Origin: Octopus sinensis
Lineage: Eukaryota
Assembly: GCF_006345805.1 (NCBI RefSeq)
Contig: NC_042997.1
Coordinates: 7,998,001 to 8,062,000, forward strand
Reading direction: 5' to 3'
DNA length: 64,000 nucleotides
Made by a program: the position numbers and the translations under genes. This document shows, piece after piece, positions 11,333-26,726 of this stretch; the stretch's first letter is position 1, and each line of letters begins with the position of its first letter. The notes below the pieces were generated by a model. That model was not told the origin of the DNA, did no database searches, and saw only the letters and a list, made by a program, of their open reading frames with translations.

Positions 11333-14300
11333 AGTGTTCTCAATCTTCTAATAAGTTGCGTTATATATATATTTATATTTCTTTACCAGGTTATTTCAAA
11401 TGTTTTCAATGAATGTGACATCGAATTCACGTGTAAACTTGTCAACGGCTCCTTTCCTTCAGAAAAAGAGAGATTTGGCGCCTGTTACGTAATGGCAGCG
11501 CGTGCTAGAAATAGCACCCAAATCTTTGGAGGTGAGATGACGTTCAATGCACTCGGAAAAAGCTCAGGGAAAAATCCTATTTCACACCGAGGTTACGAAG
11601 TCCATGATATATATATATGTATGGCATTATTCAGTTTATTTCAAGATTTCTTGCCAATAGAGTATGTACCGAATTCTAGCCGAGATCCAAGGCGCCTTCA
11701 TTGGAATTTCAACATCAACAACAGGATATGTATGTGCATATGCATTTGTGTTTGTATGTGTGTATGTATGTGTGCATGTATGTATGTACGTATGCAGATG
11801 TGCATATGCGCATGTATGTATGTATTATGTATGCATGTATCTTTGTATGTATGTGAGGATTTACGTATGCGTGTAGACATGTCTATGTGAATATATATGT
11901 GTATGCATGTGTAAAAGTATGTTTTTGTACTGATATGTGTGTCAGTTCAAGTCGTATATATGACTGTTACTCTGTCGAAGGTTGTATATATATGTATTTC
12001 TGTGAACGTCTCATAGTATTTCTTCGGTGTCAAATCAGTCTAAACGAGAGTTTAGAGTTTCTTCCCTTCCAGCATGAAGTTAAATTCGGAATATTTTCAC
12101 ATTACGCACCGTTTTGGGTATTTATACACCAAACTCCGAATATCATAATAACTACTGCCTCAATTTACGCCAAACTCGTTTCATTCCCTTCCTATTAACA
12201 TTTCAGGGTAAATTTAATTCATAGTATTTTCCCATTATGCGACAGTTTACCTGGGTAACATTGCAAGCAAGATTGAAACTAACCTTCAATGTATTATAGA
12301 CACACACACATACACACACACACATGTATGCAGAGAGGACAGGTAGAATGAGAAATATACATATTGTCATTTCAGTTTCTCTAAGGTAAAATGCATGTCG
12401 TCCATCAGGTGAACACTCCTCGTGATCTCCCCTTCACTGTTTAATGACCATAAGTGCCGTTATCATATATCACCCACTCATGACCTCTCAACTTCTATAA
12501 CATTCGTGAAAGCAATGTTTTTTCCGTATCGACGCCAGTAAAACTTTTGACAGTTTCTGCTTTTATACGGCTATTCATTTAGCTCATGTATGAGTCAAAT
12601 CAATGTTTCACCTCTGAAATTACGTATCGGATCATGATGTTATGGTGTGTTCTTTCTTTTTATCATCCACTCAGCTTCGACCTATCGCGAAGTTAAGATA
12701 CTTAAAGTTTCCTTCTATCCGTCAATATCTTATTTGATGTCATGTGCAAGAACATCCGTATTTTAGTTGATATCCTTACTTTTCTCTTTTACCAAAACAT
12801 CCAATATCCATCTATTAGTTATATGCTACACGCCAGGCCAGCACTACTTTGATGAACAGAGCACTGAAGAACAATACCAAATGTAAATATATCTATCTTT
12901 ATTGTTTTCAAGGGTAATAAAATATTATGCTGCAGTTCTCAATCAAATTATATACTACCATATTACACTGAATCATAAGCATCAGACTGCTAGAATTTCT
13001 CATTATAATAGTTGGCCACACAAACATAAACATTTCTCTTTGTAAAAAGTACATCCTTAGCAGCTACGACAGCCTTCTAAAATTTGCTTCTACCCTTCCG
13101 TTATAACTTCTCGCAAGTTCAACAGTTATTGGCACTCCAAAAGGTAAATCAATTTCATATAGGAGTAACTCTGTCAGATACGAGACGCTGCTACTGTGCA
13201 GATAAAGACAATTGCCCGTGCCAAGAAAGGTGCCACCAGTTTTTACCTAAATTCATTCACGCATACACGAAATAGTTGCATCCTATGACCGATTTTTCTA
13301 ACCGTATATCAAATTACTCCTTTTCTAATATGAATGAATGACAGTGCCCATGATCATCTACAGTTCCCTTTGGATTGGTGGTAAAAAGTTGTTATAGAAC
13401 TAGAAATCTAACCCTAATAGTTGCTACATTGTTGACAGTGTTAAAGACAACTAGGTGATGGCGATAAAGTGGGTAACACATTACGATTACACCCCTGAAT
13501 GAGGTACGCCTGACGTTACTTCTACGACAGGAAAAGCGATGTTAGTCACCCTTCCTTCAAGTATAGAAGGTATATAAAAGCAGATACTCACATGCGCTCT
13601 CACGTGCGTGTGTGGGTATGTGTGCACGTGCGTGAATTTAGTCTATATAGTACAGTTCTAGACATGAGGAATATTTTATCCATGGATATGTATAATTTTA
13701 TCTGCGCAACATAACTTATAGATCAAAAAGATACAAAATATATAGTTTACAAGAAGTCTGTTTTAGAAAATACTGCATTTATTTTAATATTTGAAATAGT
13801 ATATATGTTTCCTTGAATCTGAGCAACATTGTATGAATCCCCAAAACTCCGATGCATTACAAATAATGGTTATGAAATGTTTATGCGTGTATTGAGGCCA
13901 AGCCTTAAAGCATCGCATACATGCACAGAATTTAGGAATCCTGACAAAGTCTTACACAAAAACGGATGCAAGCCATTAAGTATAAGATGTATAAATTTAG
14001 AAAAGAATCACAATAGTAAATAGTACAATAATTCCCGTTCTGGATCTGCTTATTAGAAGAACACTCTTGAAGAGCGTGAAAGCAAGGAAATGATTACTTT
14101 CATTCACAAATCTAAACCCCGTAAAGGGAACATACATTTAAATATTATTAAGTAAACATCACATTATCCATGACGCGTAAAACCCAAACCTTTTGCAGAT
14201 CAGTAGTTACCAATTCAAAATATGTCAATGAGCAATAGTTTATGATGAGATATGTTTCTAACGCCCATATGGTGCAAATTTTAATACAAAGCTAGAAAGT

Positions 14301-14949
14301 ATCCGCAGCTGTTTGTTAGAAGGCAAGGTTGTAAAGACTCTGTACAAAGATATAAACCTTATCTGACTGAAAAGAACTGATTCTTCTCAGATGGCGATAG
14401 ATTATCTTGACGAATACACAATAAAGAGAAATGAATTTTGAACGTCAGATCAGAAGATGAATTTTTTTCAAACTTGTTGATAAGTTAGTTTTATAAAACC
14501 TGCTTCGAAGGATGATATATTAATCCTAGTTCGGGAGGAATAAAATGTTTTCTACCTTTTCATACCGATATGAAAAATTTCATTGATCGCTCATTTGCAA
14601 TACAAATGTATTAATTTCCAAATAAAGCACCATGAAGGTAGATTTATAAACATATATATATATATATGTTAATCAGCATAACAAGAAAATTATTACAAAC
14701 AACTACAGTGCCGAATCTAATTTGAGGAACTGCAACTTCAAATGTAAGACTTACTATCCATTAGAAGGTAAATGTCTTGGAAGAGGAATTGTTCAAAGAG
14801 CTAAAGAGCAAGTAGATTGCTCACAAGAATATAACCTTACACAGAGGCTTCGGTAAATTCATTCAAAACACGGCTTTATTTCCAGTGAAATTCATTCCGA
14901 TACCTCTAGAATATATATATATATATATATATAATATATATATATATTA

Positions 14950-14981
<32 letters not shown>

Positions 14982-15024
14982 TATAATATATATTATATAT
15001 ATATATACTAATATATATAATATA

Positions 15025-15067
<43 letters not shown>

Positions 15068-15664
15068 TAATGTACAATTAAACACAAAAAAAAATTACCC
15101 TCGGCTTTGTACTTATTGCTGACTGTAAATGCCCCTGCGCGCAGACTTTTGAAAAATTATAACGTATAATGGCGGGACACGTGTTCTTGTCTCGGAATTA
15201 TAAGTTAGTTATTAAGGCCGGTTACTGACAAGAAATTCGCCTTGCAATTATATTGTTTTGCTAAATTACCTATTAAAGGATGGCAAATAATATTGTTTGC
15301 TAAAAAAATTTCGAAACCATGGTATAACCGATAATAAATAACAGGGTAAAAGTTTTTATTTTTCAATTTCTTCGAAAATTGCTGTTAAATCGTGGTTTTC
15401 GCCGTATTGGCTGCTATTTCTAGCATGTAAAAATTACGTGTCAAAGGGTAATTTTTTCTTTTGTGTTTAAATGTACACTGTTTTAAAATGTGAATATATT
15501 GTCTAGACCACTGGTAGTGATATTTATAACGAATATTCGCTACCCTATATAATGTATCTTATGTACATATATATATATATATCAATAATACAGTGATTGT
15601 TTCTTATCAAGAACAAAATGTTTAATGAGGAACAAAATGTTTAATAGGACTGCTATAGAAGTCC

Positions 15665-15701
<37 letters not shown>

Positions 15702-15867
15702 GATAAAGGACAACAAAAACCAAGGAAGGACGCATGTTTCCAGTCATTTAGAATACTTTAACTAGAGAAAGGTGAATTTAAAGTCTTAAAGCTGTTTGTG
15801 GGATATCCCAAATGATAGGCTAGCATGTCCGTACAATGCCTATTCCGTCTATGCCTGCTAGTAGTTG

Positions 15868-15924
<57 letters not shown>

Positions 15925-15934
15925 GTGTGTGTGT

Positions 15935-15971
<37 letters not shown>

Positions 15972-16559
15972 TTTATCTACTAGGTAATTTCCGAAGCTTT
16001 ATGGTTGAGCATCCTGTTAATCCATGTTTAATCTAAAAGACTAGCGGGTATGTATTACCTGTTTTCAGATGAATTTATTATCAATTTTCAATTACATATT
16101 CTTTGAATATTAATGATGCTTCAAAAAATGGAACATGTTTGAACTAGCACTGCATTATTTATAAATACTGTTGTAAATTTCAAGACAGTGGATCCAAGTT
16201 TTATTGCGTTAGAACCAACAGAAAATATCTTATGATATATTACTTGATTGTACAGACATTTTCCAAGTCTATTAAAGGGTAAGAAAACGGCCATATACTT
16301 TAAGAAGCAATTTATACCGCATATTAAATGTTACCTCAAATTTAATGTAGTAAATATATAATATCTTAACCATAAATTTTGCATCAAGTAGAATATGTTT
16401 CTCAGTATTCCACTCATGACAATAACTAACTGATAATGCCAGTGTCTAGTACAATACTGCGTTGTCATTCTTATGCTTCATCAGTTGCTTTGTTACTCTT
16501 GCCATTTAATTTTAAATGTTAATTATATGTGCGTATGTATGTGTGCATGTATATATATA

Positions 16560-16616
<57 letters not shown>

Positions 16617-16698
16617 TATATGTGTGTGGGTATGCATGTGTATATACATATTGCATATATATATATATATAAATGTATGTATTACATGTGTGTATATA

Positions 16699-16741
<43 letters not shown>

Positions 16742-17499
16742 GTGTGTATATATATATATTATGCACACACACACACATATATATATACATATATATATAT
16801 ATGTATGTATAATATATATACACACACATGTATATGTATATATATATATATATATAAATATATATATCTTGTTTTTAAAAGTAAATGTTTCCGTTTGTTC
16901 TTTTGGTTTTCACATACCAGATCACCTGACTGAATATTGTCTCATAAATACACACACGTCTCCGCTCACTTTTACCCATGCGGACGCACATATAAATAAA
17001 TGTCTCTGTTACTGACACAGGATCTTCACTACAAGGTGAAAGCTTTGACCTTTTAGTAAAATATGATTCAGCATAATGGAAACTAACTTATACCAGTACG
17101 TTGGTTTCTATTGGTTTTATCATATTAATTTTCATGAAATTTGTTTCTTTCTTATATCTGTCAACCATTTCCCGTGGTATTTGATGAACTGTACCCATCG
17201 CAGAGATAGCATGAAGTGTAGGGAAGACATCGTTAAGGAGACAGCACTTTTACGCAGGATTATTTTTGATATTTTTGATTTTGGACTATATTGTTACTGG
17301 TGATGATGGTGGTGCTGGTGGTGGTAGTGGTGGCATGGTGGTGGTTTTGGCGGTGGTTTTGGTGTTGGCGTTGGTGGTGGTGGTGGTGGTGGTGGTGGTG
17401 GTGATGATGATGATAATGATAATGATGATGATGATGATGATGATGGTGACTGTGATGCTTAGAAGATCTAAAATGCATAAGCGTCAAATATATATCATA

Positions 17500-18258
17500 T
17501 CTATAAAAGGCATGATGTGTGTGTGTGTGTGTGTGTACGTGATTGTAATTTATACACGTTCGCAGATTAGCACGCATGTCGCTCAAATTTTAGGATGACA
17601 TTTGCCAACTCTCTATCCGGGTTTTGACCACTTTTGTTCCCCCGAGGCACCCGTAGATAGCGTAAATATATAGCTTTTTAGCCAAAAGTGGATAGCTTTT
17701 AGCCATAAAAATATCGGCCATTACTTTTTGACAGCGTCTAGCAAACAAAAATAAGTTAAAGAAAAGTGGAAGGAGGAGCCAGAGAGTTTCACGGGAAATA
17801 CAAAGTGAGAGAGAGAGAGAGAAAGAGAGAAAGTGATGGCGTTCATAAAAATAAAATGTAAAATGTTTTGTATTTTGTTTTTGAAAACACTATATTTTAT
17901 AATCATAGAATATATACTTTCTCACACAACAATTACAATATACTGCGTTCCCTTTTGTTTGTTCGTGCGCATGTGTGGGGGTCAGTGTAAGTGTGCCTAT
18001 ACATGCATGCATATACGCATGTATGTGTATGTGTGTTTGCCTGTGTTTGTATGTTAGATATGTAAATAAGCAGATCAATATACAGACGGATAAGTATATA
18101 GACTATATGAACAGACACATACGGAGACACAGATCCACACATATAAAGATGCCCATCCATACATACAAACATGGTACATAGTTACATAACACACACACAC
18201 ACACAGATATGCACACACAAGGAGACAGAGGTGCATATATATATATATATCTCGAATA

Positions 18259-18290
<32 letters not shown>

Positions 18291-18559
18291 AACACATGCT
18301 CACACACACATACATAGAAAATACACAAACACGGACAAGCAAGCACATAAATATGCAGGATACGTACATACGGATGCACACACATACGTACATATATACA
18401 TATGCATACACATACATGTATACATAAAAACGCATGCAAACACACACACACATACATACGGATTTCGCCCAAATTTGACGTCTATATTACTTAGTTTGGT
18501 TTTAAATAAAGAACTTGATTAGCTTAATAATCCCGGGCAAGGCCGGGTTATACTGCTAG
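17500..18559 (+). mobile_element. Non-autonomous Helitron (microsatellite-filled)
   Basis: Starts A|TCTATAAAAGGC (TC at 17500-17501). Ends with a CCCGG-GCAAGG-CCGGG hairpin (18532-18547), then CTAG|T (18556-18559). This is the canonical AT insertion and termini. The interior has (TG)n, (GA)n and (CATA)n tracts. Confidence 0.75.
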
Positions 18560-19430
18560 TCATTACTATAAGTAATTATTCAACAGCTCGCAACATTTAA
18601 GAAATATAATATTGCATGTATTTGTAATGTACATATGTACACAAATTAAAGCAAAATTCTGAAGTACTATGCACTGGACACTCGCGAATTTCACACAATA
18701 TACAAATGTCGGAAAACCACGGTAAACAAACTGTTATGAACTATAATGTAGTGCACATTCATGAGTGACCAAAAACGGATGACTCTGATATCGTGTTGTG
18801 CATTATAGACATCAAAGATCCCGTTCACAAAACCAACATGAACCTTTGAATTCTCAGCATTAATCTAAAGAGAAAGTAGACTAATTATATTCTAATCTTG
18901 CTTTTCTCATACCTGTTGTCTCACTGCCTCATTGTATCAAGTTTAGCTAATTAAGTGATGTTAGAAAGTACAATTAACTTGCTTATGTATATAGGCACTT
19001 TCATTTCTTAGCGTACGGAAATAATATATTGGAAATATAGAGAAAGTTGTTTAACCCAAAATACTTAATGCATGTTAGATTATTGAAAATATTTATATCT
19101 CACTTCGTAAAATGTATACGTATTTTCGTTGAATATTTTTTTTTTATGAGCATAATTTTGTTCGAAACATATTTATATGTCGGTTAATATATTAAAATAT
19201 ACATTTCCACTAACATTACAGCTCAGCTTGTTGTTTTCTTGAACATAAGCTTTGTATTTATAACCAAACACCCAGTGACGTAATATCTACAACTCGCTTT
19301 ACCATGTAAATAAATATTTTTTTTTATATTCAGCCCTTTTTTTCTTCAGCAGAAAACTAATATTATAGGCTTCAATGCAAACATTTGCTTCTTTTAAATA
19401 ATGTTAATTCAATTACATTTAGAACACTAT

Positions 19431-19468
<38 letters not shown>

Positions 19469-19485
19469 ATATATACATATATATA

Positions 19486-19530
<45 letters not shown>

Positions 19531-19592
19531 TGTGTATATATAGGTATATATATGTGTGTATTATATATACACGTATATATGTATATGTATAT

Positions 19593-19630
<38 letters not shown>

Positions 19631-19764
19631 CATGCATGCATAATCTCCACATGCATATATATGAGAGCTTTTCAGCGTATACACACTGACGGACATTCAC
19701 GCACACGTATACACATGTATATGTATATACATTTACATATTACTCACATAGAAATTACGCATAC

Positions 19765-19795
<31 letters not shown>

Positions 19796-22369
19796 TGTAT
19801 GTATGTATGTATGTATATATGTGTATGTATTGTGTATGTATCCGTGTATGAATTTATAGGCATATTAACCTTATTTCTGACAGGCTAATTTTATTGATTC
19901 ATTTCCATTATTTTGCACGAAATTTGTCAGACAAATATTAATAAATAATAGATTACTCAATGATTTTTTTCATAGATTTGTACAAATATTGACTGTTGTA
20001 ATTATCTCTATAGGTCGTGAAAACTTTTCATATGTTGCCAGAAATATGAATACAAACAATATTCGCTGAAATAACAACCAAAGAAATATAAGCATTGATC
20101 ATTGTATTAGAATATGGGAGGGCAAATTTGTATATCTTGGCTTTAAAAGATCTATGACACAATATGATCGTATAAATTATAGGTATTTCCTGAATTCCGA
20201 AATCACAAATTGAATAAGGTGGTTGACTATGTCGGATGAGTAATTTACAATGTAAATATATGCTCAACTACCCATAGCACATTCTTTATAAATCAGCACA
20301 ATTTTCCGAATATTATGCAATTAATAAAAAAATGTTGCATCCGACATTTACATAAAATGTTAGGTCGTTGCGTTTGTTTATTTCTGATTAGCTCCATGAA
20401 AGCTAAAGTTCGAGACAACCCTTCACCAAATACTTTCGAATCAGGATCAGGCCCTTCATTTTTATTTTGTTGACAATGAGGGTTTTCTTTCTACGTAAGG
20501 ATGTTTGTGTAGTTTGATAGATATAGGGCAGACAGTTCTAGATCTCCAGTTGTTGGCTTGATCTAACATACGTAAAATGCGGTGATCATTCGAAATGTAT
20601 TATCGATAATCTGTTGATCATTATTTTAAAGCGTTAAATTGCAATTTGAAAATAAATATATGGGGGTGAGAGAGTATGTGTATGTGTGAATGTATGACGC
20701 ATGTATGTGTACCTATTGATAGCCTGCTTTTGTTACAATTCAGTAGTACTGTGGTCTTTTGCCACGTGAAGTGACCGTTATCTGATGCATATCAGTTTAG
20801 CGAATGTTTTGAATATTTCGTTTTAGTCACGTAGCGGAGAGTTCATGTAGTACAAAGGCTGTACTAAAAACTAATTAACGTAAAAGATCATTGAGTTTTA
20901 GATTAAAATTCAGTTACTATTTCAAAATTGAGATTATGTGCATCATTAACTATATTCTAATATTTTACGTTCTGATAAACTTTACTACGAATCTAATAGC
21001 AAAGAAACACTATATATATCAGCAACAAATCTGGAAGATCGATGTTTTCCTAATAATTACGAAAAACATACTCACATGCTAGATTTCAGTTGTAACTGAA
21101 GTTGAATGCTGTGATACTTGTCATTACTACAACCAGTTTTGTTTTCTCTATGAAAATAGTTAAGGAAAGTTTGAATATCTATCCTAAAGTTACCAGACAA
21201 AATAGCTGATATTTTGTAGATGAACTCCAATATATATATATATAATATATATATATATAATATATATATATATTCATTTTCTTTTTCTAAATGTATTTAT
21301 TCAAATTTTATGAAACAAATAATTATATAGGAGAAAAATATGTGTGAAATATTTGATAGATTATTGCTTTTCGTAATATGTTGTAATTTTGAATTTGCAT
21401 ACGTATATGATCATATTTTTTCTTATTGTCAAAAGAACAAATAATACAGACATTTGTGTATGTCACTACATATATATCCACTAAATATTTTTAAAACATA
21501 GCACTTACTGAAGAGATGCTCTTGAGAAAAAAAATTTCGGACACATTATTTATACGAAACTCACAAGTATTTAGAAACGTTATATATGCTTCGAGTCTTA
21601 TAGGAAGTCCATTTTTCCATTCCCATGTTACCCTGACTTTCTCAATGACAATTCTGTCTTTTTCCCGAAGATTCACACCTATATTTTTTTTATAATTTTT
21701 TAAATTCATAAAGAACTAATTTAAAACGATTTTTGTTTTATTATATATTTTCAGTTTAACACGACATTCTGAATGCCACTATTCGCTTAATAGTTTGTCT
21801 GGTTCAACATCATACCCTGGATACCAGGATACCACTTTTTCTTAGTAGATTCCGCTCTGTCACCTGCATTTGGCACAGCTTTCTGATGTAAGGATAGAAT
21901 ACCCCAAACACCCACACATCAATCGAGGCCTGATAAATGCCGTGGCCTGATTAATTGGGAAAAATAAAAAGAATAAAATGAGATATAATATGAAAAGTTT
22001 TCTATGAACCGAGTATCAGAATATTATCTATTAATGGCAGTAATGAGGGAAAGCATGCTCATGTGTTTTGTAAAGGAGCTTCGAAAGCAGATTTAAAATT
22101 AAGAAAGCTTTATGTGAACGGAAAGAAAAATCATGGATCTTGTGATGAATATACTACGCGCATAATCATTTACACCAGCTACTTTACAAATATATATTCT
22201 CGTCCTGTATAATTTCCATTTTACATCAATGAAGTCAATTGATTTGAAGATGGATGGACGCATTTGGCTGTTGCAAGAACTACTTGGATGAGCCACGATC
22301 TTGAGAACAGTTATGATAATGTAACTGGAACAGAAAAGTTGACAAGGACCTCGTTGATAACATGGATAA

Positions 22370-22425
22370 CGTCGATCCCAGTACTCAACTGGTTCTTATT
22401 TAATCGACCCCGAAATGCCGAAAAG
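22370..22425 (-). mobile_element. CORE-like SINE fragment, followed by (AAG)n at 22428-22497
   Basis: GTCGATCCCAGTACTCAACTGGTTCTTATTTAATCGACCCCG is the reverse complement of the core segment in the SINEs at 46.2 kb and 53.5 kb. Confidence 0.65.
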
Positions 22426-24759
22426 ACAAGAAGAAGAAGAAGAAGAAGAAGAAGAAGAAGAAGAAGAAGAAGAAGAAGAAGAAGAAGAAGAAGAAGATGA
22501 AGAAATCAATTTCTTGTTTATTGTCACTGAATTTTGTTTTATGTCTAAATGCTAGTCATACGGAGAATTCTTCTAAAATACGATATCAAAAAGCAAACTT
22601 AGGCTTCAGTTATTCGGAATAGAGTGAGCCTTTTGAACAAATTAGAACATACCGAATTAGTTTTTACTTCTCATATCTCGGGTAGCGGGAAAGTAAATAA
22701 CACATTTTAAAGATTGCCATGTGACTGGTTAAAGACATCATAGGAAATACGTATTCCTGGAACGCTTCCAAGGAATTCTATTATTATAAACTTTAGTTAA
22801 ACAAGAGGGTTACGTAAACAAGATCGGAAGCATTATTATTTCGTACGTCATAATTACAAAATATTATTTGAGTTAAAAACAAAGCTGCAGTTTTCCAACA
22901 CTACTTTAAAACACATCTTCTTAGCTCTGTAGAACTTTCATTATATATATTTATATATCTAGAAACAAAACTTGCACCTATTATGTTACCATAATTATTA
23001 CAGCCATATTTATAATCTAAAATTCCGCTGTGTATTATTTTCATGTCCTACTTAATGTACTGAGTCAAAATATTGATATAATACTAAATGGCTTACATGA
23101 CTTATAAAATGGCTCTTTCATTTCTGCTTCAAATTACCATAATCCTCTCACAAATGGCGATCAATGATCAGTTGGCGTTTCTTATTATATAATAAATGCA
23201 GATTTCATCAGGTTTTCATATAGTCAACAATAATTATTGCTAAAATGAAGATACCATATGAAACGTACATTCAGTCATACCAGTACATCGATTAATACAT
23301 ATTACATTCATATACAAAGAATATCTAAAGCTATCATTATACTTAGACTTCATAAAAGCTAATGGATCGTTTGTACTTTGATATCGTTCTCCTTAATCTG
23401 TCCTAAATTAATTGTAGTTTTGCAAAATTCATTCATCCATCTTTCGTGTAAGTATTGCATTGATCATCGAAGGATTCCCAAAAGGTATTCTACACTCAAC
23501 ATCATATAGTATGACATAACTCAATTCATCACACTATAAATATATACTGCCAGGTGTTAAACCTAATCATTTCTACAAATTACTCATCTATCATAAGAAA
23601 GTATTCAATTCGGTTTCTATGTTTTATATGTCTATTTATTACGGCTAACCTGAGATTCTTGTTTATCCCAGGTTTAATTATTAGAAATACACTGAAGAAT
23701 GATGAGCTTGTTAGTCGCTTATTATCTTGTCCAAAAGTAAATATTTATGATATCGAAGATACCCTCAAACATGAATAAGAAGATTATTGGTGATTTATTG
23801 ACTTTCGAGGAAAGAGAGACAAAATGTTTACCAGTGACGCCGGGACTAAATGTCTGTTAGATTAAAATTAAAGCAGTACAACGCATTTGATACAAAACAC
23901 TTAATACCTGTTAATAAATCGGTCTCTATGTGTTGATAAATTTGTATATAATTCTACCAGCAAAGAAATGTGATATTAATGATTTACTTATAGGTTTTAT
24001 AACTTAATGTTTTCTTCAAACCAAATTGTTTTCCTTCTGGGAAACTATTTCCTGCTATGCAATATAATATCATCTAAGACGATCAATCCTTCCACTTTAA
24101 TACAATTTATTATATTTCAACAGATATTGTTCACTTCAGAGAAGAAATGCCCATTAGAATGTTCATCTCACGAAACTCTTAGATCATCTTGTAGAGGCTT
24201 GAAAAACATGTTTACGAGTAAAACCTTGTTATACATCAAAATATATGCTACCATCTTACATCTTATTCGTTTCAGTATTTGTCACATTTATATCTCAATT
24301 AATTTGAAAGTATATTCGTGTTATTCAGTGATTTTTGTGTCTACCAGCGTTGCTGAATATAATTATGTATCTAAAGGTGGTCACTACTGAAGGGCATGAA
24401 TTTGTGTCATAATAAATTAATACAAAGAAGCATGGATTCTACAATAAAATAGATAATTCATATATTAATCTTGTATGTTTCACATTTATTGGAGAGTAAG
24501 ATAGCCAGTACGATTGTTTCTAAACTGATTACTTCTGCGTTTACATTGAATCTATATTTCAGCTAAAATACGGATGAGCAAATTAAAAATAAAACTCTCC
24601 AATTCTGCAGCACCTTTAAAATTTTTTATTAATTTTCCGAAAATATTCATACAATGTTAGATATAGTTTATTCTTGAGAAAATGAAAATCATTAGATGTC
24701 AATTTTAAAATCTTATAATAATTCTGCTTGTCATTGCGTTACTTAGCCCATCAGAAACG

Positions 24760-25090
24760 CTGTCACTTGATTAGGGAAAAAGAAGGGGAAAGAAAAGCGG
24801 GCGAGAAAAAAAGAAGGAGAGAGAAAAGAGGGTGCGGGGAAAAGCAGGAGAGAGAAGCGTCCATGACTTGAGGTAGAGGGAATGTAATTGTAACGCTTTC
24901 ACGTGATTAGTTGAAGGGAAAGAGAGGAGAAAATAAGGAGAGAGAGAGAAAAGTGGATAAGGCGAAGACTGAGACAGAAAGAGGGAGGAGAAAGAAAGAA
25001 AGGGAGAGGGAAAAAGAAGGGGAGAGAAGCGTCCATGATGTGGGGTGGGGGAACGTAATATTTATTAAGTTGTTTAAAAAAGCTAGTTGA
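24760..25090 (-). mobile_element. Two tandem, highly degraded PLE-like 3' ends (purine-rich on the plus strand)
   Basis: Duplicated AGAAGCGTCCATGA blocks at about 24853 and 25025. The minus strand approximates ..LHSLYPQG.NGRFS, similar to PLE endonuclease ends, followed by pyrimidine-rich sequence. Confidence 0.3.
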
Positions 25091-26568
25091 AGGTACTAGT
25101 GATAAAGAGGAAGAGAGTTAAAATAGCGGGTGCTGTTTTGATGGTGAGACTAAAGAAAGGCAGAGAGAGAGGGGGAGAGATGATGATGGTGGTGGTGATG
25201 GTGCTGGTGGAGGAGGAGGTAGCAGGGGTGATTGGATAGTGAGAAGTATATTTTTTTCTATTGAACTAAATATTTTATATCCCCTATCACTTAACGCTTG
25301 TGAATAAGTGCAATTCTGTGAATTCACGGTTGTTTACGTGGCAGATATATGCACTTTTGCTAAAGGTTGTATCATATGTATGGGATATTTTTGAGGTGGG
25401 GAGAATGGAACAATAACTGTGAATATTTATTTTATGAGTGCTGTGTATTAAGTCAATAAAATTGTGCATAAAGTATATAAAGTGTATATATAAATTGCAT
25501 ATATATATATATATATATATATGACGATGCATATATACACACACATATACATATATATATATATATATATATGCATCGTCATCGTATTCCAATCTCTTTC
25601 ACTTTTTAATGAGTAGCAGACGAATGAATATCTTTCCACACAGACATAACACGAGCAACGATATCAGGTTTATTGGTTAAAGTTATCAGAAATAACCCAG
25701 TAGCTTTACCATATTAATTCTGTTAAATATTCACGGATCCAACTAGTTTATATAAAAAAAAGTATTCATGTACCTTCATCTGGGTGTTTTGAAGTAAAAT
25801 ATTACAGAATATTATTCCTGGATATAAATGCTATCTCATCAAATATTCAGCATTTAGTGTTATGAAAGCATAATGATATAATTGCCATCCGATTGAATTT
25901 TGTACAACAAAAGCAGTGGACAGCAAAACTGTCAGATGTTTGGACTTTATCTAGCAATTTCACACATTGACTACATACAAGTTTCATTTCCAAACCTTCA
26001 TTTTAAATGTTAGTAAATCTTATCGGGATGAGAACGTATTTCATATCAAATTATTAGAGAATTTCTTGTAAGCCTAGGAGCATCTTTCTACAGATATGTC
26101 TTACGAGAATGATTTTTTAAAACTCCATTCACCAGTATGCAATATAAAAAGCTAGCCACCCACAATTTATCCACTCAACCTGTATTCTATGGCTGTGGAA
26201 TTAATAAGCTACGTACTACATTCGTGGGATCCACTCATTTTAAAGCCCACTTATTTTTCGTTACTCCTATATTTTACGCCAAAACTTGTACTTCTTCACA
26301 CTGCTATAATCCAGAATTAAACATCTGAGTACAGCCTCCAATTAGATTCATTCATTAATCTCTCTTTGTACCTGTAGTATAACGTATCCTTTCCCTGCGA
26401 AATATATTTCTGTAATATATTAGATTTAACCATTGTCCTTTTATATGAAGATTTTGCATAATAATAATTAACACACACACACTCACATATATATGTGTGT
26501 GTGTATGTATGCATGTGTATATATATATATAATATATATATAATATATATATTATATATATGTATATT

Positions 26569-26602
<34 letters not shown>

Positions 26603-26611
26603 TATATATAT

Positions 26612-26647
<36 letters not shown>

Positions 26648-26726
26648 CTACTTAAATGTACTCATGTTTTTTGCTTCGGCTTTTTCCATGGGCGCATGTA
26701 AGTATCTTATTTACATCCTTTGTAAG

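Noticed and set aside
13064-13246. Stop-free 60-codon minus-strand frame (VKTGGTFLGTGNCLYL..ELLLYEIDLPFGVP..) after a weak AG
   Set aside because: The polypyrimidine tract is poor and I recognise no family. A homology search would be needed.
22099-22296. ORF with CKVAGVNDYA..SIF, superficially like GPCR TM3
   Set aside because: No DRY-like motif or other TM helices, and it adjoins a SINE fragment.
24007-24390. 127-aa ORF with CPLECSS..SCRGL, reminiscent of an LRR N-cap; antisense VLDDIIL resembles an RT motif
   Set aside because: No LRR repeats follow, and the antisense frame has several stops. Neither reading is supported.
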